DNA from: Chrysomallon squamiferum
Taxonomy: Eukaryota; Animalia; Mollusca
Reading direction: 5' to 3'
Assembly: GCA_012295275.1 (NCBI GenBank)
Contig: CM022675.1
Location: 7,812,001-7,876,000 of the forward strand
Length of the DNA: 64,000 bases
Positions within the stretch are counted from its first letter, which is position 1. Each line of letters starts with the position of its first letter. This document shows, one piece after another, positions 1 to 60,286 of the stretch. The translations under genes were made by a program, and so were the position numbers. Below the pieces are notes generated by a model, which searched no databases, was not told the origin of the DNA, and saw only the letters and a list, made by a program, of their open reading frames with translations.

Positions 1-19319
<19,319 letters not shown>

Positions 19320-19645
19320 ATCTTCCACGAAATGCTCAGAAGAACAATATTCATTTACAATCGAACGCGTCCTTTTAATTAAACCACAGAGACAGACTCT
19401 AGAATATTTACTGCATATTCAAAGAAAGATGCACAGTTTTTTTTTCGTCAGAGGTTAATCTTGGGCCAGGTGAATAGATTATAGTTTGTCTGCAGGTAAA
19501 AAAAAATGCAATGAGAGGAATTCAGGGCTGTACAAAGGAGGGGGGAGTGTTTAGGGATACGTAATTATGTCCCCTGCAATACTCACAGAAACGGCGGCCA
19601 TTTTATTGTTTTAATTTTTATGTTCACTATTGTTGTTGTTGTTGT

Positions 19646-19677
<32 letters not shown>

Positions 19678-21040
19678 CTATTATTACTGTTATTGTTATT
19701 ATTATCATATTCTTTATTATTGTTATTGTTATTTATTATCATTATTATTATTGTTATTAATATTAATTAATTTGTTTATTCATTTTATTTTATTATTTTT
19801 TTTATTTATATTTATATATTTTATTTCTGATTTATTTATTTATTGTTTTTTTATTTATTTATATTTATGTTTATTTGTTTGTTTATTTATTTATTTATTT
19901 AAATTATAATTATGTTTTTTTTTTTTCAATTTATAAATTAATTGTGTAAATTTATCTTTGTAAATTATCGCGGTATTGTTTTATTGAACGGTAAATAACA
20001 TTTTATTTTATTTTATTTATTTTATTTTTTTTTTTATTTTTATTTTTTTAAATTCAAGACATTAATTTTAATTCTGTTATCTCATCACATATTTGATAAT
20101 GAAGGTTAGAGCACGTCTGACATGGTCACTCAATACAAATATCTTGGAGTTAACAATGGTTACTATGGTAACCTATCCGTCCACACAGTATGATTTGTTA
20201 ATTTTTACTTTGTATGATACAATGGTTACACAATTTTTATGTTTATAGACAAAAACATTTTATCAAGATTGCACTCTTGTTTGATACAGCTTCAGAATAA
20301 TTCACAACTGAAAATTATGAAAAAACAACAAAACAATACATACATACATACATACATATATACATAAATATGTACACAATTATATCTATCTATCTGTCTG
20401 TCTGTCTGTCTATCTATAATATATACATATACATACATACATACGTGTATATACATGCATACATACACATACTACACCTACCTATATACACACTCACATA
20501 CATAGATGTATATATATATATACACATACATACATAGATACATACACATACATACACACATATATATATACACACATACATATATACATACAGATACAGA
20601 TTTTAAATATATGCATCTTTTACATAATAATTTAGTAAATACAAATAGATGTAAATAATTACCTAAAATTTTATATAAAAACCAGGAGTTTCTTTCTACT
20701 TTGGAACTATTTCAACTAAGTGTACAGAATAAATAGAAAGAAAGAGAGAGCAGAGGAATGAAAATAATGAAAGAAAGAATAACAAAAATAAAAAAAATAA
20801 AAGAATTTCAGGGATATGTAGAAATAAAGATGTACATGTTTCATTATATTTTTTCTTTATGACGAATAAATAAATTTTAGAAAAGCTGTAAAGATTTTTG
20901 TTTTTTATTTATTGATTTGGTTAAGAATGGCTTGGACTAGATAGAAAGATAGGTGAGATATATAATAATAAAAAAAGATGAGTGTGCGTGTGAGTGAGAG
21001 AAAGATAAGAGAAAAATATTAAGAGAAAAAGAGCGAGAGG

Positions 21041-21141
<101 letters not shown>

Positions 21142-22247
21142 ACAGAGAAAGAGAAAAGAGAGAGATACACAAAAATATCAATAAAAAATATCAAGGCATT
21201 TTATTTAAAAGATTGACTGTGCAAGTGAGTGAGAGAAAGCTAGAAAATAAAAAAATAAATATGAAGAGAGAGACAGAAAAAGAAAAATGAAGAGAGACAG
21301 AGAGATATAAAAGTATAAATAAATAACATACAGGCGTTTGGTTTTTAAACACATAAAGAGGAGGATACGGAGATAAACATATACACAGAAAGACACACAC
21401 ACACACACACACACACAGACAACACACGCAAAACTCACCTCTCCAGATAACCACTATACCACCACCAGCAACACAAACACATTTTTCAGTAATAAAATTA
21501 AAACTTCTAACCACAGAAATAATTCTACAACGAGCATTATTAACCGCGCATACTGGTTTTATTAGCCTAGGCCAAACCTTCCATCAGTTTGACGTATCGT
21601 TAATCATAACAATTAGTTCTTCACAGAACGCATGCACAGAACTGGCTACGAAAAACTGGCAAACAAAGACATTAAACGCGGAATCTCGTAAATATATATC
21701 ACAATACCACACATTATACAATTTATTACACACAAAAGGTGTGGTATTACCCACGCTAAAATCGTTATCGACTCATCTACGAACTGGTGCAAAAATGCTA
21801 ATTTGGATTTCGGGGTGTTTCTAACAAAAAGTCTTCACTGCTTTGATGAATGTAATTATCAGTTTCGTTGCAGGGCGAAGCCACGCCCCTTTTTGGCAAG
21901 ATTCCAATAACTGCAACATTGATATAATAAAAAAAAAAATGTATGCATTAATCTACAATAAACATCTGTGAAATCTATCTCGGCAAGATAAATGATAAAT
22001 TAATAAAATAAAACGACACCGTCTTTATCGAAGTCAAGCTGGAACTGCCGATAAAACTTCTTTAAATATTTCTGAATGTCAGTTTGACAGAATCGTGTCG
22101 ATACAGTTGCAGAATCTGTGGAAAACATCCGCGTTCTTAAAAATATTCCATATAATCTGTATCTGATAAATGACTTCTGTCAGGTTGAAACATCATCTAA
22201 ATAACAACTACTACTACTACTATTACTACTACTAGTACTAGTACTAT

Positions 22248-22278
<31 letters not shown>

Positions 22279-22280
22279 GT

Positions 22281-22360
<80 letters not shown>

Positions 22361-23807
22361 TTATTATTACTATTCTTCTTATTATTATAATTATAATGAT
22401 TATTATTATTATTATTATTATTATTGCTAGAACTCTTCTTCTTCTTATTATTATTATTATTTTCTAAATTTTATTTATTTATTACATATTTATTTATTTA
22501 TTTACATATTAATTTATTATTTAGTTAATTATATTTTATTTATTCATTAGATTATATATTTCAGTAATGTTCCTTTTTTTTTTTTTATCTATTTATTGGT
22601 TTCATTCATTTTATAAACCTATCTATTCATTTATTCATTTATTCATTCATTCATTCATTCATTCATTCATTTTCATTCATTCATTCGTTCATTCATTCTT
22701 TCATTCACTCGTTTGCACAAACAACTCCATTCCCAACGCATTCAAACCTAAACGCACTTCCTCATTAGTTCAGTCGTGTTTTGTAGCCAATCCCATAATC
22801 CAGCATTTTTATTATTATCTTAGAGAACAAAGCACAGATAACACAGCGATCATGCAAAAAGAATTAACCGACAATATGTAGAAAAAAAAAAAAAAAAAAA
22901 AAAAAAAATAATTCAAAAAAAAAAAAAAAAAAGTCATATAACCTCGAAACCAACATCTCATACAACTGTTTTCCATTATCTTATTAACCAGAAGCGCTCC
23001 GAAACGAAATCTGCATATTATTCCATAAACAAAAGCTTAAATGGATAACCATTCTTTTAGTTATAGGTATATATATGTGTATATATATCAAAAAAACATT
23101 ATCCTTAATTGTGATTAAGCATACGGATAATTTTAAGTCATGCAGAACGAATGACTCTGCAAACAAAAAAAAAAAAAAAAAAAAAAAAAAAAACAAACCC
23201 AGAATGACAGATGATGTAAATACGCCAAACAGTAAATATGCAAAGCAATTGTTTAGAATTAAGTCTTTCGGGGTCTTTCTTGATGGCTTAGAGCAGACTT
23301 CTACATAATAGGCAAATTGAAGAAATCGAAAAATTGTCCAAGCGAAGCAAATTTCAGAAGCGAGATCTGTCGGTTTGTTTTTTAGGATTTAAAAAATAAA
23401 ATAAAATAAAATAAAATAAAATAAGGCAAATAAATAAATAAATAGAGTAAATAAATAAATAAATAACTGTGGAGGTTTAATGTTTTGATGGTTAAATAGT
23501 GTAAATGAAATAAGGATGAAAGATCAAATAAAGCGATGATGGTAGTGACCATGTGTTTCGTTAGAAACAAGATAAAAGTTTATATAGTAAATAGTAGTAA
23601 TATTATTAGTAGTAGTAGTAGTAATAATTACAATAATAATAACAATAATAATAAATAATAACAACAACAACAACAATAACAACACAATAACTAATACTAA
23701 TAACAAGAACAATAATAAAATAACTAAATAAAAAGAATAAACAGACAATCAGATAAATAAATAAAAATAGGGTTTGCAAATGCTATAACTACTAATTCTT
23801 GTTTTTT

Positions 23808-23861
<54 letters not shown>

Positions 23862-24353
23862 ATAGTACTACTACTACTATTACTGCCACCACTGCTACTA
23901 CGACTACAACTGCTATTTTTAATGCTCATAACATTAGTACTACTTATACTTCTATACCGTTATTACTACTACTACTATTGTTACAACAACAACTACTGCT
24001 ACCACTGCTACTATTTCTATTACTTCTAATACTACTACTATTATTATATTACTACGACTGTTATTATTACTACTTTTACTACTACTATTACTATTACTAT
24101 TAATTCTATTACCACTGCTATTACTACTACTACAACCACTATTACTGCTACTACAACCACTTTCTCTTCTGCTATCGCCAATAAACCCTACTGCAACATT
24201 ACTATACTGCTCTACTCGTTCCTACAACAACAACAACAACTACTAATACAACTACAACTACACCATTACATCCATCATCATCATCATCATCATCATCCTC
24301 AATACTGTTTATGTTATTAAATAACGAAACATTTTAAAAAAAAATCTTTTTCG

Positions 24354-24409
<56 letters not shown>

Positions 24410-24925
24410 AATATTAGTTAATGCTACAGTACACGTTATAACGATACGTCCGCCATTAGCCCTGATATGGTTAACAACCAATCACGCAGCGTGTATCGAA
24501 AACGAGGCTCTGGCTAATCCGATTCTGCTGGTTAATGCAGTTGTAAGGAATCGCATTTAAACATTTGTTAGGAAACGGTGTGAAAGACGAATTAAGCGGT
24601 CTCCCAGCTGGCTCATGTTGTCGCGGTAGTCCCAGATGCCGTTGTCGTGGTAATTTGGCGTAAAACGTAGTTAAATCGTCGAAGAACGACGTTGTGGTTC
24701 AAGTGTGGACGTATTTTGCGAGTGTATGTTGGGTTTGTTTTGAATGTGTTTGTTGGTGTTGGAAGCGATTCGATTTTTTTTTGTTGTTGTTAAAGTGTGT
24801 GTGTGTGTGTGTTTAGTGTGTGTGTAGTGTGTGTGTGTGTTTTGACAAATAGTTTAAATGTATTTTAGATACTGCTTCTAACATTTTATTTTAATTTAAT
24901 AATAATAATAATAATAAGTTGTTGT

Positions 24926-24960
<35 letters not shown>

Positions 24961-25445
24961 CAACAACAACAACATCATTAATATAAATAATAATAGTAAT
25001 AGCAGTAGTAAGAGGTTTGTGTGTTTGTTTGTTTATTTATTTATTTGTTTTTTTTAGTTTATTCGTTTGTTTATTTAATTTTTATTTTTCTGACGTGTAT
25101 CTAATATACAGTTAACTTAAAATCTAAGCTCTCATTTTGTATGTTTGCAACCAAACTGTTTCTGATTAAACTGTTTCTATTTTAAACGATTACCGAACAC
25201 GTTTTGCAATTCTAAGCTATTTTCTTATTTATTTACTTGTCAAATCGTCATGTCTGTTTTCTAACAGTCATGTGGCCTTAATGCATTTATATAATTTGTC
25301 TTTCCAGGCAGCTTCCTGCCTGCTGTTATTTAACATTAGAGCATGCACGTTCGTGTACAGAAGAAGCCACATAAAAAAAAATCTCTTGTTGATAAAAATT
25401 AATAAACTCGAACTGAAAATAATTAATCGATGTATTCTAGTGATA

Positions 25446-25492
<47 letters not shown>

Positions 25493-25766
25493 ATAATAAT
25501 AATAAAAATCCAATGCTGGCTTTAATTTCAGCCTGTAAACTTTTAATCTATTTACTTATTTTTTTTTGTTCGATTTGGACTTTAAATTCATTATCTCTTC
25601 GCTATCTCCAATTCGCAGACGTTAAGCACAACACGAACGACAAAGCCATATTGATAATAACAGACCTGTACTTATTCCTATGCATCAAGAAATGCAGTAA
25701 GCGTTTCGCTATAGGTTTTCTAGAAGCTTCTGCGCACTGAAGCGAGTGAGAAACAGAGATAATGCC

Positions 25767-25985
25767 GTTTTAATATACGATACCGAAAATGTCGCTTTAT
25801 TAAATACGTACTTAATTTTGCTGGATTTGTTTGACCTTATTGTACTGAGTTTTAAACTGCTTACAATTCAGCCTGCTGTTTTTAATATACGATACCGTAA
25901 TACATACTTTGTCAAAAATACGTACATTAATTTTGCTGCATTTGTTTGGCGTTATTTTACTGAGTTTTAAACTGCTTACAATTCA
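25767..25985. repeat. About 112-bp diverged tandem duplication (2 copies)
   Basis: taatatacgataccg...tactgagttttaaactgcttacaattca begins at about 25771 and about 25883. Confidence 0.85.
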
Positions 25986-26275
25986 TCAAGCGTCTGTGAA
26001 TTGTCCGTATGCGAATATCGAGTGTTGTTTTCTACTGTAGGTTATCTATTAAATTTGTTTTATTAAAATAAATTTGTAGATATTTTACGTGTGGTGTCTG
26101 TGATTATAATACCATAATTGCTCTGTTCTAGATGGTAATATATAATAAAATCAGAAGTATAAAATAAATCACTAATATTAAAAAGAAAGAAAGAAAGAAA
26201 AAAAAGAAGTTTTTTTCTAATACTACCCTTCCACTGCTCTGTGTAATACAATTATAATTTCTATCACTAAACTGT

Positions 26276-26320
<45 letters not shown>

Positions 26321-26754
26321 TACTGCAACTAGTACTACCACTGAAACTAAACTACTAGTACTACCACTGAAACCGTTATTACTACCACTGCTATTATTGA
26401 TAGTGCTACTGCTGCTGCTGCTGCTACTACTACTACTACTACTGCTACTACTACTACAACTTCTGGTGCTTCATAATTCTCCGACTGTAATTTATTATTG
26501 TCATTGTCATCATTATTATTATTCTTTATATTATTGTTGTTGTTGTTGTTATTCTTATTCTTATTCTTATTCTTATTATTATTATTATTATTGCAGTTGT
26601 TGTTGCTGTCGTTGTTGCTCTTTTCTTGAATATTAGTGTTTCTGATGGTGGCATTATTTATTTATTTAATTCAAAACAGACAAAGGTGAATGATATCTTT
26701 AACAAATTTTAAAAAATCTATATTTTATATCCGAAAAGTAGCCATTTTCAGATT

Positions 26755-26793
<39 letters not shown>

Positions 26794-27398
26794 CTAATTA
26801 ATTATTTTTTTAAATTCAGTTTTGAAATGACGATCTTTGTTTTTTTATTTACCAATTTGACTGACATTTGAATCAATCACCTCTTTCAAATATCTGTCGA
26901 AAATAAATAAATTTTAATTTTTTTTTTTAAACCCGAATCTTATATGACAACTTCCGAACAATAATTCAGAGGAAAAATCAGATAATTCTTAATTCTTAAT
27001 GATATGGTTTCTGTCGTAGTTGTTGATTTTTTTTTGTTATTTTTTTTTTTATAACCTACTGATAAAAGTTTGCTTTATTGATTTTTAAAATTATTCACGT
27101 TTTCCGTAATGACGAAAGGCAAACAGACAACGTTAAGAATAATTACAGGTAAAGTCCTATTGCTGACGTATATTTATTTCAGTTACGTAAAAGTCTGATC
27201 ATCAAAAGAACAGATGTGTACACGTATATGTCTGTGTGTACACAAGAACATATCTTGCTTCTATTAGAAACATGTAGCGGGTCGTTTTTGAAGTCTGGGA
27301 ATTATAAATGCTAGAATGCTAGCATCCCGCAGGTTGATAACGTAAAAAAATATTCAATAGATTTTTAGCACTGAGAAACTGATGTTATTTGGTACCAT

Positions 27399-27429
<31 letters not shown>

Positions 27430-27634
27430 TAAGTTTGACCTCTAATGATGAAAACTGAATTACTTTGATCTAATAACATCGAATCCAGAGCGGTATATTG
27501 TTAATTAATATTCACTAAGGGCTTAATTAAAAATCCAATAGTAAATTATAGCACACTAATCCGTGCACTCTGGCGATGTCTAATACAGGATGATGCAACG
27601 TTATAATGTCGTCGTAAAACAAATGATCCATATC

Positions 27635-28035
27635 CAGTAACTGGTGATAGAAAATTAACCAGTGTGTTCTAGTGATGTCATTACACAGATGCTTGACATA
27701 CAGTAACTGAATATGGAAATTTAATCAATGTGTTCTAGTGATGTCATTACACAAATGTTTGACACACAGTAACTGAATCTAGAAAATTAACCAATGTGTT
27801 CTAGTGATGTTGTTAAACAAATGTTTGACATACAATAACTGATGCTAGAAAATTAACCAATGTGTTCTAGTGATGTCATTACACAGATGTGTTTTACATA
27901 CAGTAACTGAATATGGTAATGTTATAAAACAAATGTTTTACATAAAATAACTGGTGATAGAAAATTAACCAATGTGTTCTAGTTATCTCATTAAACAAAT
28001 GTTTGACATAAAATAACTGATGATAGAAAATTAAA
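27635..28035. repeat. 66-bp diverged minisatellite, about 6 copies
   Basis: Unit approximately cagtaactgatgatagaaaattaaccaatgtgttctagtgatgtcattacacaaatgtttgacata. Confidence 0.88.
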
Positions 28036-30087
28036 CATTATCTTCTTGTGGTCTTGTCAAACAAACGCTGAACTTCCGGGGACAGAAATGAATACTTTTG
28101 TTCTCAAATCCATTTTTCTGGACTGTAAAGTAGCATTTAATTACAATAATTTATAGTTATAAAATCTTTAACGACAAAATGATAATTAATTATGTTAAAG
28201 AAATATTTTACTTTTCAATAAGCGATGATAGAAAATTAATCAATAAACTGTCATGATATTTGCAACATATATTTCACATGTGTCTGTTATTGAGGGATTG
28301 AACGAGTCCCTGACATTCTATATGGCTAATTCAGTGAAGTTCTGATTTTTGTAAAGTCCTTGACACATGAAAAAAAAAAAAAAAAAAAGATTTTATTTTT
28401 TGTCGGTGTATACATATCTTAAGAATGTTTTTTTGGCTATCTTGTTGTGCATTTGATCCGGTTTTTGGCCTTACGGAAAAACGAATTTGAAAACTATTAA
28501 CGGTCTCTATAAATTTTGGTGACTTGTTTAAAATGAAAAGGAATCTTTAATGTAATGATGTCTTCTTGTCAAATCTGTTTTCTTTACAAACGAAGAGATT
28601 GACGTATTAAAACGTTAATAGGTTCGTGAAATTTAAAATACGGTTTTAATCATTGCTTGGGAAAAACAAAAATAAAACAGGATTAATGGTTTATATATAT
28701 ATATATAATGAGCATAATAATTTAAAAAAAAATTAATAATATTAATAATAATAATAACAATAACAAAAAAACAATACTTGTAATAATTAAATAAAAGAGG
28801 AAACACACACACACACATGAACACACAGACATACACACACATACACACACACAAACCCAAACGAGAATGCATAGAGAAAGAAAGAGTATACAGATACATA
28901 CATAAATAAATATAATTATAAATAAATAATAAATAAATAAATTAACAAAAAAAAAAAAAATAAAAAAAAAATAAATAAATAAATAAAATAAAATAAATAA
29001 ATAAATAAATAAAATAAATAAATAAATAAATAAAATAAAATAAAATAAACTCAAAACAAGCTTCAAGAAGTAAAAATTAATAAACATACATGCTCACTCC
29101 CACTCACACAAAAAACAAAAACAACAAAACTAAACCACAAAAAAAATAAAAAAAAAAAAATAAAAAATAAAATCAATAACAAAACTAAACCCCTAGAGAT
29201 ATCATTAACCAGATAATCCCTCTTCCATCGCCTCCATATCAGCATCTTTTTTCACCTTTGCGTCATCCCCACTTTCATCATTCTGCCTGGCTTTCTCCCA
29301 TTTGCTGTTGACAAAACTCCATAATTCTCTCCCGTCAACGCTTTTCGTTTTCAAAACCGCGGACGGAAAAAGCATCGCGTCATTCTCATTGTGCAAGCGC
29401 TCTGGAAAGAATATACGATCTTCATTCTCTGTGACGATGTGCAAATCGATAATATAAAATGGGTTCGACGAATTTAAGCTAAAAACGCGGTTTTTCTGAC
29501 AGTTAATGAACGGCAGACGACACTCACGGAGAAAGCCGAGGAGGTAAAAAAAACATAACAAAAAAAAACGTTCTGTGTTATCGAGACTAAAGACAAAGTA
29601 CCGAGAGAGAAAAAAAAACCACGAGATTAACAAATTTGTTCGGCTCGTGCGGATTGGCGCTGTTTTTTTCGTATTGCTGTTATTGTATTTCATATTTTTG
29701 CTTTTTATATTTAATATTATTCGTTTTTAAATTTAATATTTGTTATTGTATTTAGTATTTGTTTATATATTGAATATTTATTTTTTATATTTAATATTTT
29801 TGTCATTATATTTAATATTTGTTTTTTTTATACTTAATATTTGTCATTATATTTAATATTAATTATTATTATTTTATATTTTAATTTATATTATATTTTT
29901 TAATTTAAGTTATCGTTAATTTCAATATTTATTTTCATTATTTAATTTAATATTATTACTATTTTTGATAATTATTATTTTTTTAATTATAATTACTGTT
30001 CTTTATTATTATTATTAATACTTATTCTTATTCTAATTACTGTTATTATTATTTACTACTATTATTATTATTATTATTATTATTATT

Positions 30088-30121
<34 letters not shown>

Positions 30122-30211
30122 ACATCGCCACTCCAGGTATTATTACTTCCAATAATTTATTTACAAAACTCTCTCTATGGTTTCAAAAACAATTCACGTT
30201 TTACATTGACG

Positions 30212-55265
<25,054 letters not shown>

Positions 55266-55605
55266 ATTATTATTACTTGTTTTTGTTTTTTAAATAAAAA
55301 GTATTTACAACTCTTTCTATATTTATACGTAAGTCTTCGAACAAGCCTCGAAATTTATGGGGTACATACTCCTCAAATTCCAGTTCATTTATCTCTTGGA
55401 AAAGACAAGTGAAAAGTTGAATAGGACGAAGGAGAGAGAGAAGAGTAAAAAACAGAAAAAGAAAAAAGAAATGAATAAAAGACAGTAAATAAGTCAGAAA
55501 GAAGAAGGAATGAAGATGTTTATTAGAATGAAGTAGAAACGAAACTTATTGAATATATTTGAGTATATTCATTTATGGTTATCTGTTTGTTTTATAACAA
55601 AATAT

Positions 55606-55643
<38 letters not shown>

Positions 55644-55760
55644 ATAATAATAATAATAATAATCATCATAATAACTATAGATAAAACAAAAAAGAAAAAA
55701 ATATGAGAGAACAGAAAACTTTAAAAAACAGAAATATTTTGTTTATAGTGGACCCCAAAG

Positions 55761-55815
<55 letters not shown>

Positions 55816-55957
55816 GACGCATTGTTAATAAATTATGTACCTAAATGAAATAAATTTCTTGATCTACTGTCTACTTTGATTTTCTTTGCTTGAGTGGTAG
55901 TTTACAAATGCACAAAAGACTGAGTCAGCAGTATTCGTTTCTGAATGCTAATTCTAA

Positions 55958-56079
<122 letters not shown>

Positions 56080-56406
56080 CCCCCCCAAAAAACAACAACA
56101 ACAAAAAATATATATAAATAAACATTCAAACAAACAAACAAAAAACAACAACAAAAAACACAAATATAAAACGAATCGAACGACACGGGCATGAAGACAA
56201 ACAAACACACAGGAAAGCGCAATAAACGTATAGAAACAATTTAAACCCAGACATACATGTCATTTTAGAAAATTAATTCTATGTATTTTTATACATGAAA
56301 ATGAAATTATTAATCTCAGTAAAATCATTCCAGATGTTTAGAATACAAAAAAAAAAAAAAAAAAATAAATAAATAAATAAAATAAAATAAAATAAAATAA
56401 AATAAA

Positions 56407-56463
<57 letters not shown>

Positions 56464-56723
56464 GACTTTTTCGTGTTTTAAATTGTTTAATATTATTAAT
56501 TATATATACATACACTAGGAAGTGAGTCGAGCAAGTAAACAGGAAAACTGTAATATATATATATATATATAAGATTGCACTTCTGAATTGTCAGAATATT
56601 CTACATTTCTTTAATAAATCCAAAACAATAATTAAAATTAATACTGATACTTTAACAAAATGTACTTTTGATGATTGCAAAGCAATAATCTCAATATATT
56701 CGGGATTCTTCCAAGTTATATTC

Positions 56724-56774
<51 letters not shown>

Positions 56775-59700
56775 ATATTTACTGTGCTGTATTAATTAAT
56801 AAAGAAGTATGACATCAAAAACGTTCCCTTTAAGAGTATCTGGTCACCACTATTTTTGTGTAATTGTGACGTCATAGCGTAGATAAATGTCCAGTTTGTT
56901 TTAAATAGTTTTCACATATGAGATGACGTCACAACACTAGTAAAAAATGGTGACGTTCAAATATTTTTGTACTGTATTATTTCATTGCTCTAGTTTGTTT
57001 TTAGTGATAAAATAACAGAATAATAACTTGGAAGTTGTTTATTAATTTATTAAACCTTTTATTCATACTGACGTAGGTGAAAAAAAAAAATTAGCTGTAC
57101 CGAAAAATCTACAAAGTATTTGAAATCTGCTTATACCGCTTGAAATCCAGGATCTTGTTTTGCGAACTTCTGATTATATTACTTGATAAATAATTTAAAA
57201 AAAAAAAAAAAAAAAACTTTAATAATGGAAAAGAGAGTTAGGGTCAGTAGTAGATTTCTGTATGCCTGTCATAGACACACGAAAGTTACTGAAAACAGAG
57301 GACTACCTTTTTTGATTACGTAAGCACTACGTTGTGGAAACGTAATTCAGCACCTAGGTAATTACGTCAGCAGGTAATTCAAGGTGATTAAAAAAAAAAA
57401 ACCCAATGATATAGATTTACGCTCCACATCATGAGAATAATGTATCTTACACCTTTATTAGTTACATCTGTAGGCGGTTTAAGGATGCCTTTCCTGGACA
57501 GAATCCATAACTTTTGACCGTTTGGCCAAAATAGATATACATGTCGACCGAATAAATCGAAAGAAGAGAGGTATCAAATTTATGAAATTTATCGATTAGA
57601 AATACAGGTTCTTTTATATACTTCATAAAAAAAATCTAATAAAATTTAAAAAAAAAAGAAAAAACAAACAAGACAAGGTTTTACTGTATTATCAAAAAAT
57701 ATCAAAACATTTCTTACATTTATTTTCTTTTCTTTTACTTTTCTTTTCTTTTCTTTTATTTTATTATTCAATTTAATTTAATTTCAGTTAACTCATTAAT
57801 TATTATTTTTATTTATTTACTTTTTTGCTTTTTCTTTTATTTTTTTATCTTTTTAATTTTATTTTTATTTCCGTAGTACTGACATTTTAAAATACATATT
57901 TTAATTTAAAATGCCTTAAATGTATTTATTTCTATTTGAAATATATATATATATATTTTTAAGTTAAATTTAAATAATCTTAATCACGTATTCAAATGTA
58001 AGTATTTTAACATAGAATACATTATGGAGGGGACGTAATCTAAAACAAACCACACATTTAAAAGAAAAAGAAAAAGAAAAAAAAAAAAAAGAATCATTGC
58101 ATAAGTAAGAAATGCAAAATATTTCGATCTAGAGGCATAAGTCATAATGGCTTCACCCGTCGAACTTCGTTGCATAATATTTGTTGCGAATTAGGCAATG
58201 CACGCGCATGAAAAGATAAAACTTCACACCGTGAAAGGTAATCGTGTAAAAAAGTACGAAACTCTCGCTACAAAAGTGCACGTTATTTTCAGTGAACGGA
58301 AAAACACGAAGTTTAGCTACAACATTCGTCACTAGTCGGAAGTCCTCGTAAATGTTCGTAAACAATGTGAATCGAAAAAAAAGGAATTGAACCCATTCTA
58401 ATTGAAAACTGTTTTAAACATATATGTATATATGTATCGATATTTAGTACAGATATAGATATGGATAGATAGATATAGATATAGATAAAGATACAGATAT
58501 TGATAGATAGGCAGGTATAGATAGTTAGATAGATATAGATACAGACAGACTGATATATAGATGTATATATAGATATACACATACATATATATAATCTATG
58601 AAAGAAAAATATACGAATCTACATTTAGCAAACTTCACTAGACGGAAATCATCAATATGTTTCATGTATAGTTTATTAACTGTTTAAATACTTTTTAGTC
58701 GATTTCCTTAGAACAAAAAAAAAAAAAAAAAAAAAAAAAGAAAAAAAATCATTAAAAGAAGAAATAAAGAAAAAAAAAAGAAAAAGAAAACGAAAAGCCA
58801 AGTATAAAATGAATTAATACTAAATACACGCTCACACGCACACTCACATACACACATACATATATGTTTATGTATGTATTGAATAATAAATAGTAGCAAT
58901 ATTAAAATGAAATAAAATAAAATAAAATAATATAATAAATAAATGAATCTTTTGACCTATCGCTATACTGCCATAGCATAGCACGGTTTCTTATTCAATC
59001 CAAATTTTTTTCACATCACTGAAATAATAATCCGGATATTAATGTAACAGACAGAGGATTATGGGATACGCTTTAATTCTTACGAAATCTAAACTGACGT
59101 CATTTTCGGAATGCCTCTTAAGCATTCATGTATTCAAAAACTGACTGAGAATATCTCTCAGTTTTGTTATCTTTACTGTCATAACGAACGTGACGCTAAT
59201 GAATAAAAATTAGGTTACTTTCTTATCAGCAGATCGCTCGAACAGACACGTCACAGTAAATAAAACTAACGTTTACGTCACAGTTGTGTGCCAAAAGTAT
59301 TGTCAGTTATACGTTCTGTTGAACGGAGCGTAGCTTCACTAAATCCCCGTTTAGTATTGAACCAGTATGAAATATTCATGCTACATCTATGAATTTTTCT
59401 TATTCCAAAGACTATACTGATAAATTATTATATGTAAGAATACGTAGATTTATGATGAAAATTTAGGTGGATTTTTTTTTTTTTTTTAATGTCATGTTTA
59501 TGATTGTATGCAGATGAAAGGTTTTCCATTATTGTTGTTGTTGTTTTTATTATTCGAAAATGAGTAACTCTTAAATTCTGATATGTATTGTACTGTAGTA
59601 ATTATATTTGACTAGAAAAAAAGTTTAGTAGCAGTGATATGTTGGTGTATTGAACTTCAAAATTTTCTGTCTGTTTTCTCGTCTTTTTTTTAATTTTGAT

Positions 59701-59788
59701 GTTCGACTCATACTTCATTTTTACTTTGTTTCTTATATTGAAGTAATACGTAGAGTTTTGTGTTTGTCTGTCTTATTTTCTTTTCTTT

Positions 59789-59875
<87 letters not shown>

Positions 59876-60244
59876 ATTTAAATACATGCCAGTGGATGTT
59901 AATCTACATTATAATCAGTCAACAGCTAATAAATAACTTAAATGCGTATCTAACCACGTACGTATCTGTATACCTGTGTGCGTGTGCGTGTGCGCGTAGG
60001 CAACTCGGTTTACGCACACTTTGCGTACACGTCACGCATGCGCTCTCTTGAAGGTTTTCAGTCCTCTTAGCGAACGTGAATTTCTCTTCCGGAATGCAGT
60101 CCTTTAAATCAATAATTTAAAACGCGGGTTTCCATGGCAACGTACAACAAAGTCAGCCCGCACGATTTGTAAATAATTCAGAGTTTAATTAATGAGCGAT
60201 TTCGCACGGTAGAAGCAACATTAAAAATTAAATCTTAAGAAATG

Positions 60245-60286
<42 letters not shown>

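Noticed and set aside
29205-29693. 162-aa minus-strand ORF in unique sequence
   Set aside because: No recognisable motif, poly-T-derived Phe runs and no partner exons; more likely the antisense of a promoter or 5' UTR island.
55293-55298. AATAAA just after the rGC-B stop as the poly(A) signal
   Set aside because: AATAAA is ubiquitous in this AT-rich, (TAAA)n-rich DNA and cannot be assigned without transcripts.
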